Origin: Mageeibacillus sp.
GTDB lineage: Bacteria > Bacillota > Clostridia > Saccharofermentanales > Saccharofermentanaceae
DNA: 64,000 nucleotides
NCBI GenBank assembly: GCA_022484595.1
Contig: JAKVLB010000002.1
Span: 73,635 to 137,634, forward strand
Direction: 5' to 3'
The notes beneath the pieces are model-generated. The model had not been told where the DNA came from and did no database searches. It worked only from the letters and a program-made list of their open reading frames with translations. A program made the translations under genes and the position numbers. Positions 8,395 to 17,932 of this stretch are shown one piece after another; positions within the stretch are counted from its first letter, which is position 1; every line of letters begins with the position of its first letter.

Positions 8395-9798
8395 ATGAAC
8401 AATCTGATTAGGAAACTGACGGTGTCACTTCTGTCACTCTCAATTTCATCCGCGTCGCTGCTCTGTATGCTTACAGTTCCTGCGTCAGCCGATACGACTC
8501 CATCGATTATTTTATCCGGTACTGCACATGTGCAGGATTACGGAGATGTTGAAGGCAAGTGGGATTCTTCAACATCAACACTTACGCTTGGAACACACGG
8601 CGAGAGCAAGAGAGTTGAATCCATCACAATCAATATGCAGAACCAGACCGGACTTGGCGGAGACCTGATATACAGGGTTCACGTTCAGGATTACGGTTGG
8701 CAGAATTATGTCGGCTCAGGTGAAGCAGCCGGAACCCGTGGCGAATCCAAACGTCTTGAAGGCATAGAGATGGAACTGACAGACAGCTTAAAAAATTACT
8801 TTACAGTTCAGTATTCAGTTCATATACAGGATTACGGTGACGCACAAGGCTGGCAGCAGAACGGAGCACTCGCCGGAACAACAGGCGAATCAAAGAGACT
8901 TGAAGAAGTGAGAATCAGGATTGTCCCTACCGGCAATAATCCGCTCGCAGTCACATTAAGCTACCGCACTCATGTTCAGGACTACGGATGGGAGAACAGC
9001 TGGAAAAATAGCGGGGAAGTCTCCGGTACTACCGGTTCTTCCAAGCGTCTTGAAGCCATATCAATCTCATTGGGTGGCGCTCAGGCTGACTCCGGAATCC
9101 GCTACAGGACTTATGTTCAGGATTACGGATGGACGGACACGGCCACCAATGGAGAGATGGCAGGTACTCAGGGTAAGGGCAAACGCCTTGAAGCGATTCA
9201 GATTGAAGCAGACAGTAACAGTCTGATAGATATTTACTATCGTGTTCATGCCCAGGATTACGGCTGGCTCGGCTGGGCAAAAAACGGCGGCGTCTCCGGA
9301 ACAATGGGCTTGAGCAAGAGACTTGAGGCAATTCAGATTGTTATTGTTCCTAAGGGCAATGCTGCTCCGACAAATTACGGCGGGATTGAGAGCGTAACAA
9401 CCGAACCGCTGATCACTTCTCCGGAGTACAGCGGATTCTTAATCCGGGTTGACAAAGTAACATTTACTGACACTTCAGGACGCAACAGGAACAGATACTA
9501 TATGTGTTCAAGTATTGTACCGGTTTTCTATATAGATTCATATCTTGATGTACCGGCAAGCACGCAGGGCGATCGGAAGGATTGTTTTTACAACGAATAC
9601 GATCAGTACAAATATATAATGACGCAGATGACACAGACGGATACCTGGAAAATGAGTTTCCAGCACTTGTCCCAATATAGAGTAAGCTCCTATCAGCAGG
9701 CAAAAGACTTTGTAACCGGCCATCCCGCATACGAAGTCTCAGCCGATGAAACAAGCTGGGACTATGACAAAGACGCACTGAACGCGTTCTACAGGTGA
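8395..9798 (+). CDS. Secreted protein with six clostridial hydrophobic-W (ChW) repeats and an unassigned C-terminal domain
   Basis: Signal peptide (..PASA-D). Six repeats of Y.vHvQDYGW....G..aGT.GeSKRLEai.I. ATG 8395 follows a GGGAG SD. Confidence 0.88.
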   Translation: MNNLIRKLTVSLLSLSISSASLLCMLTVPASADTTPSIILSGTAHVQDYGDVEGKWDSSTSTLTLGTHGESKRVESITINMQNQTGLGGDLIYRVHVQDYGWQNYVGSGEAAGTRGESKRLEGIEMELTDSLKNYFTVQYSVHIQDYGDAQGWQQNGALAGTTGESKRLEEVRIRIVPTGNNPLAVTLSYRTHVQDYGWENSWKNSGEVSGTTGSSKRLEAISISLGGAQADSGIRYRTYVQDYGWTDTATNGEMAGTQGKGKRLEAIQIEADSNSLIDIYYRVHAQDYGWLGWAKNGGVSGTMGLSKRLEAIQIVIVPKGNAAPTNYGGIESVTTEPLITSPEYSGFLIRVDKVTFTDTSGRNRNRYYMCSSIVPVFYIDSYLDVPASTQGDRKDCFYNEYDQYKYIMTQMTQTDTWKMSFQHLSQYRVSSYQQAKDFVTGHPAYEVSADETSWDYDKDALNAFYR

Positions 9799-9957
9799 TT
9801 CCTCTTTACCTCCATGATATACTTATTCGGTTACTTTGCTATCCTTGCCGGCAAGTGTGATAGCGTTTTACCGTGATTTAAGTATACCTCTTGGAGCAGA
9901 AAAGCACATTGTATGAGAATTGAACGAATTTTGATTGAATTATTCAATCAAACAAAA

Positions 9958-9999
9958 ATAGAACCCAATAAGCTTGCAATCAAACTTATTGGGTTCTAT
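9958..9999. terminator. Strong hairpin between convergent genes (probable terminator)
   Basis: Perfect 15-bp inverted repeat ATAGAACCCAATAAG / CTTATTGGGTTCTAT with a 12-nt loop. An A-run on the plus strand gives a U-tract for the minus-strand ABC operon. Confidence 0.7.
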
Positions 10000-10016
10000 G
10001 GAATGATTAAATATCT

Positions 10017-10826
10017 TTAATTAAAATAGTCCACTTTTTTTGAAGTAATGATCAAAGAAAGACTCAAAATAATTATATAGGTTATAGCTGTTGAAAGACA
10101 CTGCGTAAATGTTCTGTTTATTTGTGGCAAACAGTCTGAAAAGACCGATAGCAAACCTATAGGAGAAAAATACTTGGTTATTGTCAAGCTGTCAACAGTA
10201 CCAAAAATAAAAACAAACAATATACCAACAATTGTAAGCACCTTTGATGATACTTTAGATAAACACAATATTGCAATTAATAATGAAATTATTATAGCAG
10301 GAATGACGCTTGAAAGATAAAGTAAAACTACCGTTGAGAAGTTTTGTACATTAAAGTTAGTATCAAAAAATATTTGTCCCAGTGCAAATGATGTGATTAG
10401 GTTAGAAGAAACAATCGCAAGGGAAATCAAAGCAATTGCAACTATTTTTCCAATATACACCTCCCACACCTTTACTCCGGTCAATAATGTAAACTTAAAA
10501 GTTCCGATTTCTTTGTCAATACCAAAAATATCAATTGAAATAAGCAGTATAAATATTATAAATATTGAAAAGAAATTTTTGTAAATAAAGTCTGTCAAAA
10601 ATAATCGAGCAAAATTAGTACCGTTTAGATTTACAAGTATGGTTTTCAATTCTTCTGAGTAGCCTTTGATTTTTGGACTGTTCGTCATTACATTTTGTGC
10701 CATTTCATTATATGCATATACAGCTAATAAAGCTAACCCTATTATCAAAAAACACAATACATAAAATTTTTTGCTTCTTATAAATTTCTTTAGTTCATTT
10801 AATGTAATTTTAATAATATTTCTCAC
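10017..10826 (-). CDS. ABC-2 type transporter permease
   Basis: About 6 TM helices and the ABC-2 permease motif EK..GTFKF.LL.GV....VYIGK. Confidence 0.85.
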   Translation of the reverse strand: MRNIIKITLNELKKFIRSKKFYVLCFLIIGLALLAVYAYNEMAQNVMTNSPKIKGYSEELKTILVNLNGTNFARLFLTDFIYKNFFSIFIIFILLISIDIFGIDKEIGTFKFTLLTGVKVWEVYIGKIVAIALISLAIVSSNLITSFALGQIFFDTNFNVQNFSTVVLLYLSSVIPAIIISLLIAILCLSKVSSKVLTIVGILFVFIFGTVDSLTITKYFSPIGLLSVFSDCLPQINRTFTQCLSTAITYIIILSLSLIITSKKVDYFN

Positions 10827-10838
10827 AACAAAGTCCCC

Positions 10839-11579
10839 CTAATTCCAAATATCTTTTAGATTAAATAATGTTAATGTAGTTATGATTAACCCCAAAGTAT
10901 ATGCTACATATGAAACTACATAAGTTTTGTATGCGGAAAGCTCGGTGAAATATAAATTTGCATTGCTTATAAAACTTGTAGGAGAATAAAATTCAGCACC
11001 AATTACACTATCAATACACAATGACAGAATCAGAATTCCTATGCTTACAAATAGAGTTTTGGTATGTTGTCCAAAGACAAGAGCCATAAAAGCAGCAATT
11101 AAAATTATTGGATAGCAACCTATACCTATCAGTATATAAGAAAAAAATGCTTTCCAAAGGTATTGTATACTGTTGTCTATGCCGCCAAAAATCAAATAGC
11201 TGAATCCTAATCCCGCAAAAATAATAACAACCGAGATTATTGATAACAATAACAAATAGAGCATCTTACCTAAGTAAAGCTTGGTTCGTGTGATACCGGA
11301 AAATAAAAAATACTTTAATGTACCTTCATAATAATCAGCAGCAAAAACTAATGATGATAAATACAACATAAAGATTGGAAATATTAGTTTGCATATAAGA
11401 AATGTTGAATTGTATTCTAAAAAGCTCATCAGATTAAAATCGTAACCCAATTTTTCAGACATCATATTGTTTTCAATAAAAGTAATGAGAAAACATAAAA
11501 TAAAAATGGAACATAAATAGAATAACAACTGCTTGATTCGGCAGTTTTTTCTTAATTCAACCATTATAGATTTAAACAT
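10839..11579 (-). CDS. ABC-2 type transporter permease
   Basis: About 6 TM helices and FAADYYEGTLKYFLFSGITRTKLYLGK, paralogous in pattern to the adjacent permease. Confidence 0.85.
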   Translation of the reverse strand: MFKSIMVELRKNCRIKQLLFYLCSIFILCFLITFIENNMMSEKLGYDFNLMSFLEYNSTFLICKLIFPIFMLYLSSLVFAADYYEGTLKYFLFSGITRTKLYLGKMLYLLLLSIISVVIIFAGLGFSYLIFGGIDNSIQYLWKAFFSYILIGIGCYPIILIAAFMALVFGQHTKTLFVSIGILILSLCIDSVIGAEFYSPTSFISNANLYFTELSAYKTYVVSYVAYTLGLIITTLTLFNLKDIWN

Positions 11580-12303
11580 TTGGATTTTCCTTTACTATAC
11601 TTAAATAATAATCCTCCAGTTTTTCATACCCATTATCTTTTAAGAGCGTTTCTGTTTCACCCTGAGCTAAAATTGAACCGGATTTTATTATTGCCACCTT
11701 ATTGCATATGGTCTGTATTTCGCCCAAAATATGTGAACTAATAAGAAATGTGATATTTTGCTTTTGAGCTAATTCGATAATCAAATTACGTATTTCGATT
11801 ACTCCCTCAGGATCAAGACCGTTAGTTGGCTCGTCAAGTATTACAATTCGCGGTGAGTGAAGAAAAGCTCGTGCAATACCCAAACGCTGTTTCATTCCCA
11901 TAGAATATTTTTCGAATTTTTTGTTGGAATCTTTTTTTAAATTAACTAAATCTAAAACAGCATTAACTCTATTATCATTTAAATTATATAATCCGGCATA
12001 CAATTTTAAATTTTCAAATCCACTCATATTGGGGTAGAAGCTCGGATATTCTACCATTGCTCCTATTGACATTAATGCGGATTCACGCTGTGTGCTTATA
12101 TTATAATTCAGTATCTCCACTTCACCTGACGTAGGTTTAACTAAACCCAGTATCATTTTTATTGTAGTGCTTTTGCCGGCACCATTCGGACCTAAGAAGC
12201 CTAAAATATCACCCTCGTACAATGACAGATTCACGTTATCTACCAAAACTTGATTTTTGATCTTTTTGCATAAATTATGTGTCTGTAAAACTTTAGTTTT
12301 CAT
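11572..12303 (-). CDS. ABC transporter ATP-binding protein (BcrA/LanF-like)
   Basis: GPNGAGKST, YSMGMKQRLGIA, ILDEPTNGLDPEG and ISSHILGE motifs, typical of the bacitracin/lantibiotic-immunity ATPase subfamily. Confidence 0.92.
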   Translation of the reverse strand: MKTKVLQTHNLCKKIKNQVLVDNVNLSLYEGDILGFLGPNGAGKSTTIKMILGLVKPTSGEVEILNYNISTQRESALMSIGAMVEYPSFYPNMSGFENLKLYAGLYNLNDNRVNAVLDLVNLKKDSNKKFEKYSMGMKQRLGIARAFLHSPRIVILDEPTNGLDPEGVIEIRNLIIELAQKQNITFLISSHILGEIQTICNKVAIIKSGSILAQGETETLLKDNGYEKLEDYYLSIVKENPNV

Positions 12304-12364
12304 TGGAAACTCCTTTTTTATAAGCTTTATGGGCTGAGTATGTAAATTTCACTACAAACAAAAA

Positions 12365-12405
12365 TATACTGAATGCAAGGTAATTTTCACCTTGAATTCA
12401 GTATA
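12365..12405. terminator. Inverted repeat between kinase and ABC genes (terminator or operator)
   Basis: TATACTGAAT.CAAGGT / ACCTTG.ATTCAGTATA imperfect 17-bp arms, followed on the minus strand by TTTTTG. Confidence 0.5.
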
Positions 12406-12470
12406 AGAAGTATATTCATAAAATCAACACTTTTTGCCCCAGTGGTATTTTATATTCCCCAAAAGCATAA

Positions 12471-13772
12471 TTATCTTTTCAATCTAATATCTACAATAAA
12501 ATTGTCCTTTGTTTCATTTTCTGATAGGTTTATCATACCATTATATTTATTAACGATATCCATTATAGTTTGAAAACCTAATCCATGTATATTTTTATCG
12601 GGCTTGTCGGTTACTAAATTGGGATTGTTAAGAAGTACAGAGCTTTTAACAGAATTGCGAACAATTATTACTAAATAAGCCTTACTGTTTGTTATTGTTA
12701 TATTAATAAAAGGGTTATCGCTCTTTTCTGATGATTCAATTGCATTGTCAAGCAAGTTTTCCAATAATATACTTATATCTATTTCTGAATATTCACTAAA
12801 ATCTCCTGTAATCTGATAAGTAAATCTAATGCTTTTTTTCCGGCAGACAGCATATTTTAAATTTAAAACAGCATTAACGACATCACTGGTTGTTGTAATA
12901 GTTTTAAAAATATTATCTATCTTACCGGTCTTAAGCTCGTTAATATAAATAAAAGCCTTTTCTGTTTTTCCTTCATGCAATAATTCTGTTGCAACTTCAA
13001 GGTATTTACTTATGTCATGTCTGATTTTTTTCATTTCTAATGACAGTTCATTTATTTCATAAAGAGACTTGCTTTGTTCACTAAGTTTGACATTTAACAT
13101 TTCTAATTGCTTTTCTTTGTTATGTTCCTTATTTAATATCGTGAAAAGGTAAAAAGTTGCTATGTTTAAAACAGCAAGACCAATTGTAGCAAATAATAAT
13201 GTAGATTGATTGTCGTTTAACCCTGTTTCATATGAATTGAAGATAATTATTTCTGCAATAAATGAAGAAAGAAAAATACCTATAATAACTACCCATTCTT
13301 TCCACTTTAAATTTACTTTAATTTTGTTTTTTAAATTTAAAGTAAAAAATATAATAAGAAAATACAAAAACTTTGTTGTAAATAAAATAAAATAGTGTCC
13401 GATACCGCGCTGAAAAATCACAGTATTGAAATTATTCCGTAAAATCATAGCAGTAAACGAAAGAGTAAGCATACTGACAATTAATAATAGGGCTACACTT
13501 AAAACAGTTACTAAAAGTTTTTCTAAAGTTCCGCCGTTTAGAAATACTTCCGAACATATAAAGAGAAAGATCATATAACTAATTACTGCGATTATGTTTA
13601 TACTGTATAAAGCTTCCACAACAATTCCTAATATAATGGGAACAAGGGCTATAAAAAGCGTAATTATTTTTTGGTGTTTTTCATTTTTATAACCAAGCCA
13701 CTTTGTAATAAATAAGGTGACAAAAATGATATCAATAACATTTGCAATAATATCAAAAACTAATTGTATCAT
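12471..13772 (-). CDS. Multi-TM GHKL sensor histidine kinase (AgrC/VirS-like)
   Basis: About 7 N-terminal TMs, H-box KIRHDISKY, N-box LENLLDNAIE, and G-box TDKPDKNIHGLG. Confidence 0.9.
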   Translation of the reverse strand: MIQLVFDIIANVIDIIFVTLFITKWLGYKNEKHQKIITLFIALVPIILGIVVEALYSINIIAVISYMIFLFICSEVFLNGGTLEKLLVTVLSVALLLIVSMLTLSFTAMILRNNFNTVIFQRGIGHYFILFTTKFLYFLIIFFTLNLKNKIKVNLKWKEWVVIIGIFLSSFIAEIIIFNSYETGLNDNQSTLLFATIGLAVLNIATFYLFTILNKEHNKEKQLEMLNVKLSEQSKSLYEINELSLEMKKIRHDISKYLEVATELLHEGKTEKAFIYINELKTGKIDNIFKTITTTSDVVNAVLNLKYAVCRKKSIRFTYQITGDFSEYSEIDISILLENLLDNAIESSEKSDNPFINITITNSKAYLVIIVRNSVKSSVLLNNPNLVTDKPDKNIHGLGFQTIMDIVNKYNGMINLSENETKDNFIVDIRLKR

Positions 13773-14488
13773 TTTATGTCGCCTCCGGTGAACTTCATAT
13801 AAAGCTTTGTTACTGAATTAATACGATAGCGGCTAATCGTCAATTGGTTTTTATCATCTAAAATAATAGATTTATTTCCAACGTCCAGGTCATAAATATA
13901 ACGATAATTTACAAGATAACTTTTATGTATACGTATGAATCCCAATTCACCGTAATCTGTTTCCAGATTGTCTAAAGTAATACTGGTTTTTAATATGTCA
14001 TTTTTATAATGAATATCTATGCAATGCCTAAACGATTCAAAATATATTATTTCTGTAACCTTTAATTTTATCGGAATATCATTTTTATTAGCTATAAAAT
14101 ACACACTTTCCTTTGCAATCTTTTTTTGCAGCGAATCAAGTAATTCTTGTATTTCAGAAATCAAATTGCTTTTTCTGACAAATCGATATGGTGAAAATTT
14201 GATGGTTTGAAAAACAAATGAATCTATATTTGTACAAAAGATTAAGATAATATCTGAATTGAATTTGCGTATTTCATTGGCAATTTCTATCCCGGAAACT
14301 TCAGGCATATCAATATCCAAAAATAAAATATCAAATATTTTTTTATTGCAATCTCGCAATAAGTCGGTACCGTTTTTATACATATATATACTGCTGATTA
14401 TATTATTTTGACTAAAGAAACTATTTACATAGGAATATATTTTGTCCAGATAAATCTGCTCATCATCACAAATAGCGATATTAATCAT
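13769..14488 (-). CDS. LytTR family response regulator (AgrA/VirR-like)
   Basis: REC domain (IAICDD, FLDIDMP, FVRK) plus LytTR domain (IIYFES, FIRIHKSYLVN). ATGA overlap with the kinase. Start at MINIAICDD. Confidence 0.93.
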   Translation of the reverse strand: MINIAICDDEQIYLDKIYSYVNSFFSQNNIISSIYMYKNGTDLLRDCNKKIFDILFLDIDMPEVSGIEIANEIRKFNSDIILIFCTNIDSFVFQTIKFSPYRFVRKSNLISEIQELLDSLQKKIAKESVYFIANKNDIPIKLKVTEIIYFESFRHCIDIHYKNDILKTSITLDNLETDYGELGFIRIHKSYLVNYRYIYDLDVGNKSIILDDKNQLTISRYRINSVTKLYMKFTGGDIK

Positions 14489-14577
14489 TATGTCGCCCCA
14501 TTTCATAGCATTTATACCATATCATGCTATAACAATCAACATATTATTATAATGTAACGTAAATATTTTATATAATA

Positions 14578-15009
14578 TCAGCTGCTTTGGTTGGTGTGTC
14601 CATATGAGAGGTTGACAGTCGTTGTCATGCTGGCGTGGCCGAGCCTTCTTGCGACGCTTGCTATTGATACGCCGGCGAAAAGCAGCAGCGACGCATGTGT
14701 GTGCCTGAGTCCGTGTACGGTAATGGTCGGTATTTTCGCCGCTCTGCACCGCCGTTCAAGGATGGCGTTGACCGTGGAATTGTAGACATGTCCGCCGTTT
14801 ACAAATATGGGCCGCTCAGGCGGGATGCCTTTGACAAGCTCTGAGAACTGGATGACAGTCTGCCAGTCGATCCGGATCTTCCGTACAGATGACTTGTTTT
14901 TGGTCGGCATAAAGCCTCCGTTCCCCTTGTAATTCCACGTTTTGCTGATTGACAATGTCTGGTGGGCAAAGTCAAAATCAGACGGCGTGAGCGTCAGAGC
15001 CGCCTTCAT
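14578..15009 (-). pseudogene. Tyrosine recombinase/integrase fragment, truncated at both ends
   Basis: Retains L.LTPSDFDF, TKN..S.R, HGLRHTHASLL and RRLGH, but lacks the N-terminal/first-Arg region. It diverges after HASMTTT, where the catalytic Tyr helix should follow. Confidence 0.85.
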
Positions 15010-15293
15010 ATACCTTGATCCCTTGCGAAAAGTATCAGCTGAACAGATCTGTTTCTTTTTCCGTGCGCGACAGCAACTCCCGCATAACCGCAGCTCTTGA
15101 TCTTATACTTTGAGAAACCAAACACAAGACCTATACCGAAAGTAAAAATCATACACAATGACAGACCGGGAAAAACCATATTCTCTCCGACAAGCGATAA
15201 TCCGCAGATTGCAGGAATTACAGCAATTACGGCAGATAAAACAATCGCGATTCCAATGCTGACAATATATTGACGTATGTTCTTCAGATCTAT
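15006..15293 (-). CDS. Possible small 2-TM membrane protein frame with non-canonical (ATA) start, or a remnant
   Basis: 96-codon stop-free frame (I/M)DLKNIRQYIVSIGIAIVLSAVIAVIPAICG...LCMIFTFGIGLVFGFSKYK... It starts 7 nt after the trpA stop, and GAAGTGA lies 7 nt before the ATA. Confidence 0.35.
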   Translation of the reverse strand: MDLKNIRQYIVSIGIAIVLSAVIAVIPAICGLSLVGENMVFPGLSLCMIFTFGIGLVFGFSKYKIKSCGYAGVAVAHGKRNRSVQLILFARDQGI

Positions 15294-15300
15294 ATGTACT

Positions 15301-16086
15301 TCACTTCCCGCCTCTCACGGCATTAACCATTGAGCTGACATACTCGCCGACAATTGCCGGAGAGTCCGCGCCGTGTTCAGCGATGAGCTTTATTATGGCC
15401 GAACCGACGATGACGCCGTCCGAACATTCCGACATGACGCGTGCCTGTTCAGGCGTGGAGATGCCGAAGCCTATAGCGCAGGGAACCTTTGTGCAGGACT
15501 TGATTTTCGCGCACATGGCACCTGTATCGGTAGTGATGGAGCCTCTGACTCCGGTGACGCCGAGGCTCGAAACTACATAGATGAAGCCCTCTGCCGCCGT
15601 CGCTATCATGGAGACGCGTGAAGCGGAGGTCGGCGCTATGAGCGATATCAGATCAAGGCCGTACCTGCGCATGACGGAGGCGAATTCCTCCTTCTCCTCA
15701 TAAGGAACGTCCGGCAGTATGAAGCCGTCGATTCCGGCCTCGCGGGCGCGCTCGCAGAAGCGCTCTGTTCCATACGAGAAGACCACGTTGGCATAAGTCA
15801 TGAAGACCATCGGCACCGTGATGCCGCGTTTGCTGCGAAGGCGTCCGGCAAGCTCGAAAACCTTGTCGGTAGTTGTTCCTGCCTCCAGAGCCTTGATGTT
15901 GGCCTGCTGGATCACCGGGCCTTCCGCGGTAGGATCTGAGAACGGAATGCCGAGTTCTATCAGCGATGCCCCGGCCGACTGCATTGCCACGACACACTCC
16001 TCCGTTGTGGCAATATCCGGATATCCGCATGTGATAAACGGTATAAATGCTTTTCCCGATGTAAAAGCTGATCTGATGTTACTCAT
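15301..16086 (-). CDS. trpA: Tryptophan synthase alpha chain
   Basis: [34 protein letters not shown] and DGVIVGSA. Start MSNIRSAF overlaps the trpB stop. Confidence 0.97.
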   Translation of the reverse strand: MSNIRSAFTSGKAFIPFITCGYPDIATTEECVVAMQSAGASLIELGIPFSDPTAEGPVIQQANIKALEAGTTTDKVFELAGRLRSKRGITVPMVFMTYANVVFSYGTERFCERAREAGIDGFILPDVPYEEKEEFASVMRRYGLDLISLIAPTSASRVSMIATAAEGFIYVVSSLGVTGVRGSITTDTGAMCAKIKSCTKVPCAIGFGISTPEQARVMSECSDGVIVGSAIIKLIAEHGADSPAIVGEYVSSMVNAVRGGK

Positions 16087-17269
16087 TGATGTCCTCCCCT
16101 CTGTAGCGCGCGATTGCCGCACAGTCTTTGTCTCCGCGTCCGGAGATCGTTATTATGATGATTTTGTCACTGTCAAGCGCAGGCGCGAGTTTCATCGCGT
16201 AGGCGACGGCGTGAGCCGACTCGATAGCCGGAATAATGCCTTCTATACGCGAGAGATACTCAAATGCATTCACGGCCTCATCATCGGTAACAGCGACATA
16301 TGAAGCTCTTCCGGTGTCGTGAAGCATCGCGTGTTCCGGGCCTATTCCCGGATAGTCAAGTCCTGCGGAGATCGAGTATACAGGGGCGATCTGTCCGAAT
16401 TCGTCCTGACAGAAATATGATTTCATTCCGTGGAAAATACCCTCACGTCCGGTATTGATTGTTGCCGCAGTCTCAAACGTGTCGATTCCTCTGCCCGCAG
16501 CCTCACAGCCGACAAGCTTTACATCCTTGTCTTCTATATAGTGGTAGAACGAGCCGATGGCGTTGGAGCCGCCGCCGCAGCAGGCAAGAATGTAATCCGG
16601 AAGGCGGCCTTCAGCCTTGAGAATCTGCGCTCTCGACTCGCGCGAAATAACTGACTGGAAGTCTCTGACAATAGTGGGGAAAGGGTGCGGGCCCATGCAA
16701 GAACCGAGACAATAATGAGTATCGCTGATTCTTGATGTCCATTCACGCATTGCCTCGGAGACTGCGTCCTTGAGAGTAGCCGTGCCGGTTGTGACAGGCA
16801 CAACCGAAGCTCCGAGAAGCTTCATGCGGTAGACATTGAGGGCCTGGCGTTCTGTATCCAGTTTGCCCATGAAGACGACACACTCCATTCCGAGAAGCGC
16901 TGCCGCCGTAGCGGTGGCTACACCGTGCTGACCTGCGCCGGTCTCAGCTATCAGGCGCGTCTTTCCCATTTTCTTGGCGAGCAGTGCCTGACCGAGAACA
17001 TTGTTGATTTTGTGGGAACCCGTGTGATTGAGGTCTTCACGCTTGAGGTATATTTTCGCGCCCCCCAGATCTTTTGTCATGGACGACGCGTAATAAAGAC
17101 GCGACGGCCGCCCGGCATACTCGTCAAGCAGTGAGGTGAGTTCGCTGTTGAACTGATCGTCATTCTTGTAGTGATTGTAGACTTCTTCAAGCTCATTTAC
17201 GGCATTCATCAAAGTCTCGGGGATGTATTGTCCGCCGTGAATGCCGAATCTTCCTTTTGATTCACTCAT
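16079..17269 (-). CDS. trpB: Tryptophan synthase beta chain
   Basis: [16 protein letters not shown] (PLP lysine), [15 protein letters not shown] and [10 protein letters not shown]. Confidence 0.98.
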   Translation of the reverse strand: MSESKGRFGIHGGQYIPETLMNAVNELEEVYNHYKNDDQFNSELTSLLDEYAGRPSRLYYASSMTKDLGGAKIYLKREDLNHTGSHKINNVLGQALLAKKMGKTRLIAETGAGQHGVATATAAALLGMECVVFMGKLDTERQALNVYRMKLLGASVVPVTTGTATLKDAVSEAMREWTSRISDTHYCLGSCMGPHPFPTIVRDFQSVISRESRAQILKAEGRLPDYILACCGGGSNAIGSFYHYIEDKDVKLVGCEAAGRGIDTFETAATINTGREGIFHGMKSYFCQDEFGQIAPVYSISAGLDYPGIGPEHAMLHDTGRASYVAVTDDEAVNAFEYLSRIEGIIPAIESAHAVAYAMKLAPALDSDKIIIITISGRGDKDCAAIARYRGEDINE

Positions 17270-17284
17270 ATTACTGTCCTTTTC

Positions 17285-17932
17285 TCACGCTTCGCGCGTG
17301 TTTCTGATGAATGTTCTGATTTTATCCGGATCTTTGCCCGACATGCCTTCGCTCGAATCAGCCGGTGCCCGGTCCCGCTCGACACCCGAACTTACATCAA
17401 GTGCGTACGGATGAAGAGTTCTGACGGCGTCGGCGCAGTTAATAGGAGTAAGTCCGCCTGCGAGAAAATAATCTCTCTCAGAATATTTAAGCACATCCCA
17501 GTCAAAAACTCTGCCTGTTCCCGCACCTGAATCGAGCATTATCATGTCGGCCGCAGAAGCCTCGGCTCTTCTTAAGTCTGCCGCATCGCCTATGCGAAAA
17601 GCCTTGATTACGGGCTTTCCGGTTACATCTCTGACTGTTTTGATGAAGTCGTCGTTCTCGCTGCCGTGAAGCTGGATAATATCAACTCCTGAAGCTGCCG
17701 CCGTTTGCACGAGACTGTCAAGCGGCTCATCAAGAAATACTCCGACGGATCTTATATCTCCCGGCAGAAGACTTATAAGCGACTTGGCTCTATCAGGACT
17801 TATGAAGCGCTTCAGGCTTGGTTTCCAGAAAACAAATCCGCAGTATTCCGGGCGATACAGTTTGACGGCAGCGATGTCGTCAGGTGTCGTTATCCCGCAT
17901 ATCTTGATTTTTGTTTTCGATTTTATGTCCAT
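17285..17932 (-). CDS. trpF: Phosphoribosylanthranilate isomerase
   Basis: KIKICGIT, QLHGSE, LAGGLTP and DVSSGVE. Confidence 0.96.
   Translation of the reverse strand: MDIKSKTKIKICGITTPDDIAAVKLYRPEYCGFVFWKPSLKRFISPDRAKSLISLLPGDIRSVGVFLDEPLDSLVQTAAASGVDIIQLHGSENDDFIKTVRDVTGKPVIKAFRIGDAADLRRAEASAADMIMLDSGAGTGRVFDWDVLKYSERDYFLAGGLTPINCADAVRTLHPYALDVSSGVERDRAPADSSEGMSGKDPDKIRTFIRNTREA

Larger units (their letters stand above)
9900..14585 (-). mobile_element. AT-rich horizontally acquired island (TCS + ABC exporter)
   Basis: Abrupt drop to about 28-30% GC (e.g. 17/60 G+C in 12721-12780) against roughly 50% or more in the flanks. Bordered by an integrase remnant. Boundaries are approximate. Confidence 0.75.

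Noticed and set aside
12304-12470. AgrD-like autoinducer or bacteriocin precursor between the island genes
   Set aside because: Only 10-14 codon frames without an SD were found. The 12373-12573 plus-strand ORF overlaps the kinase and has no motif.
14522-14785. ORFs 14522-14749 (-) and 14591-14785 (+)
   Set aside because: Alternative frames over the integrase remnant and AT-rich promoter, with no coding signal.
9800-15050. attL/attR direct repeats flanking the whole island
   Set aside because: The best visual match (TATGAGA..TTGA near 9913 and 14604) is short and imperfect, so it is not convincing.
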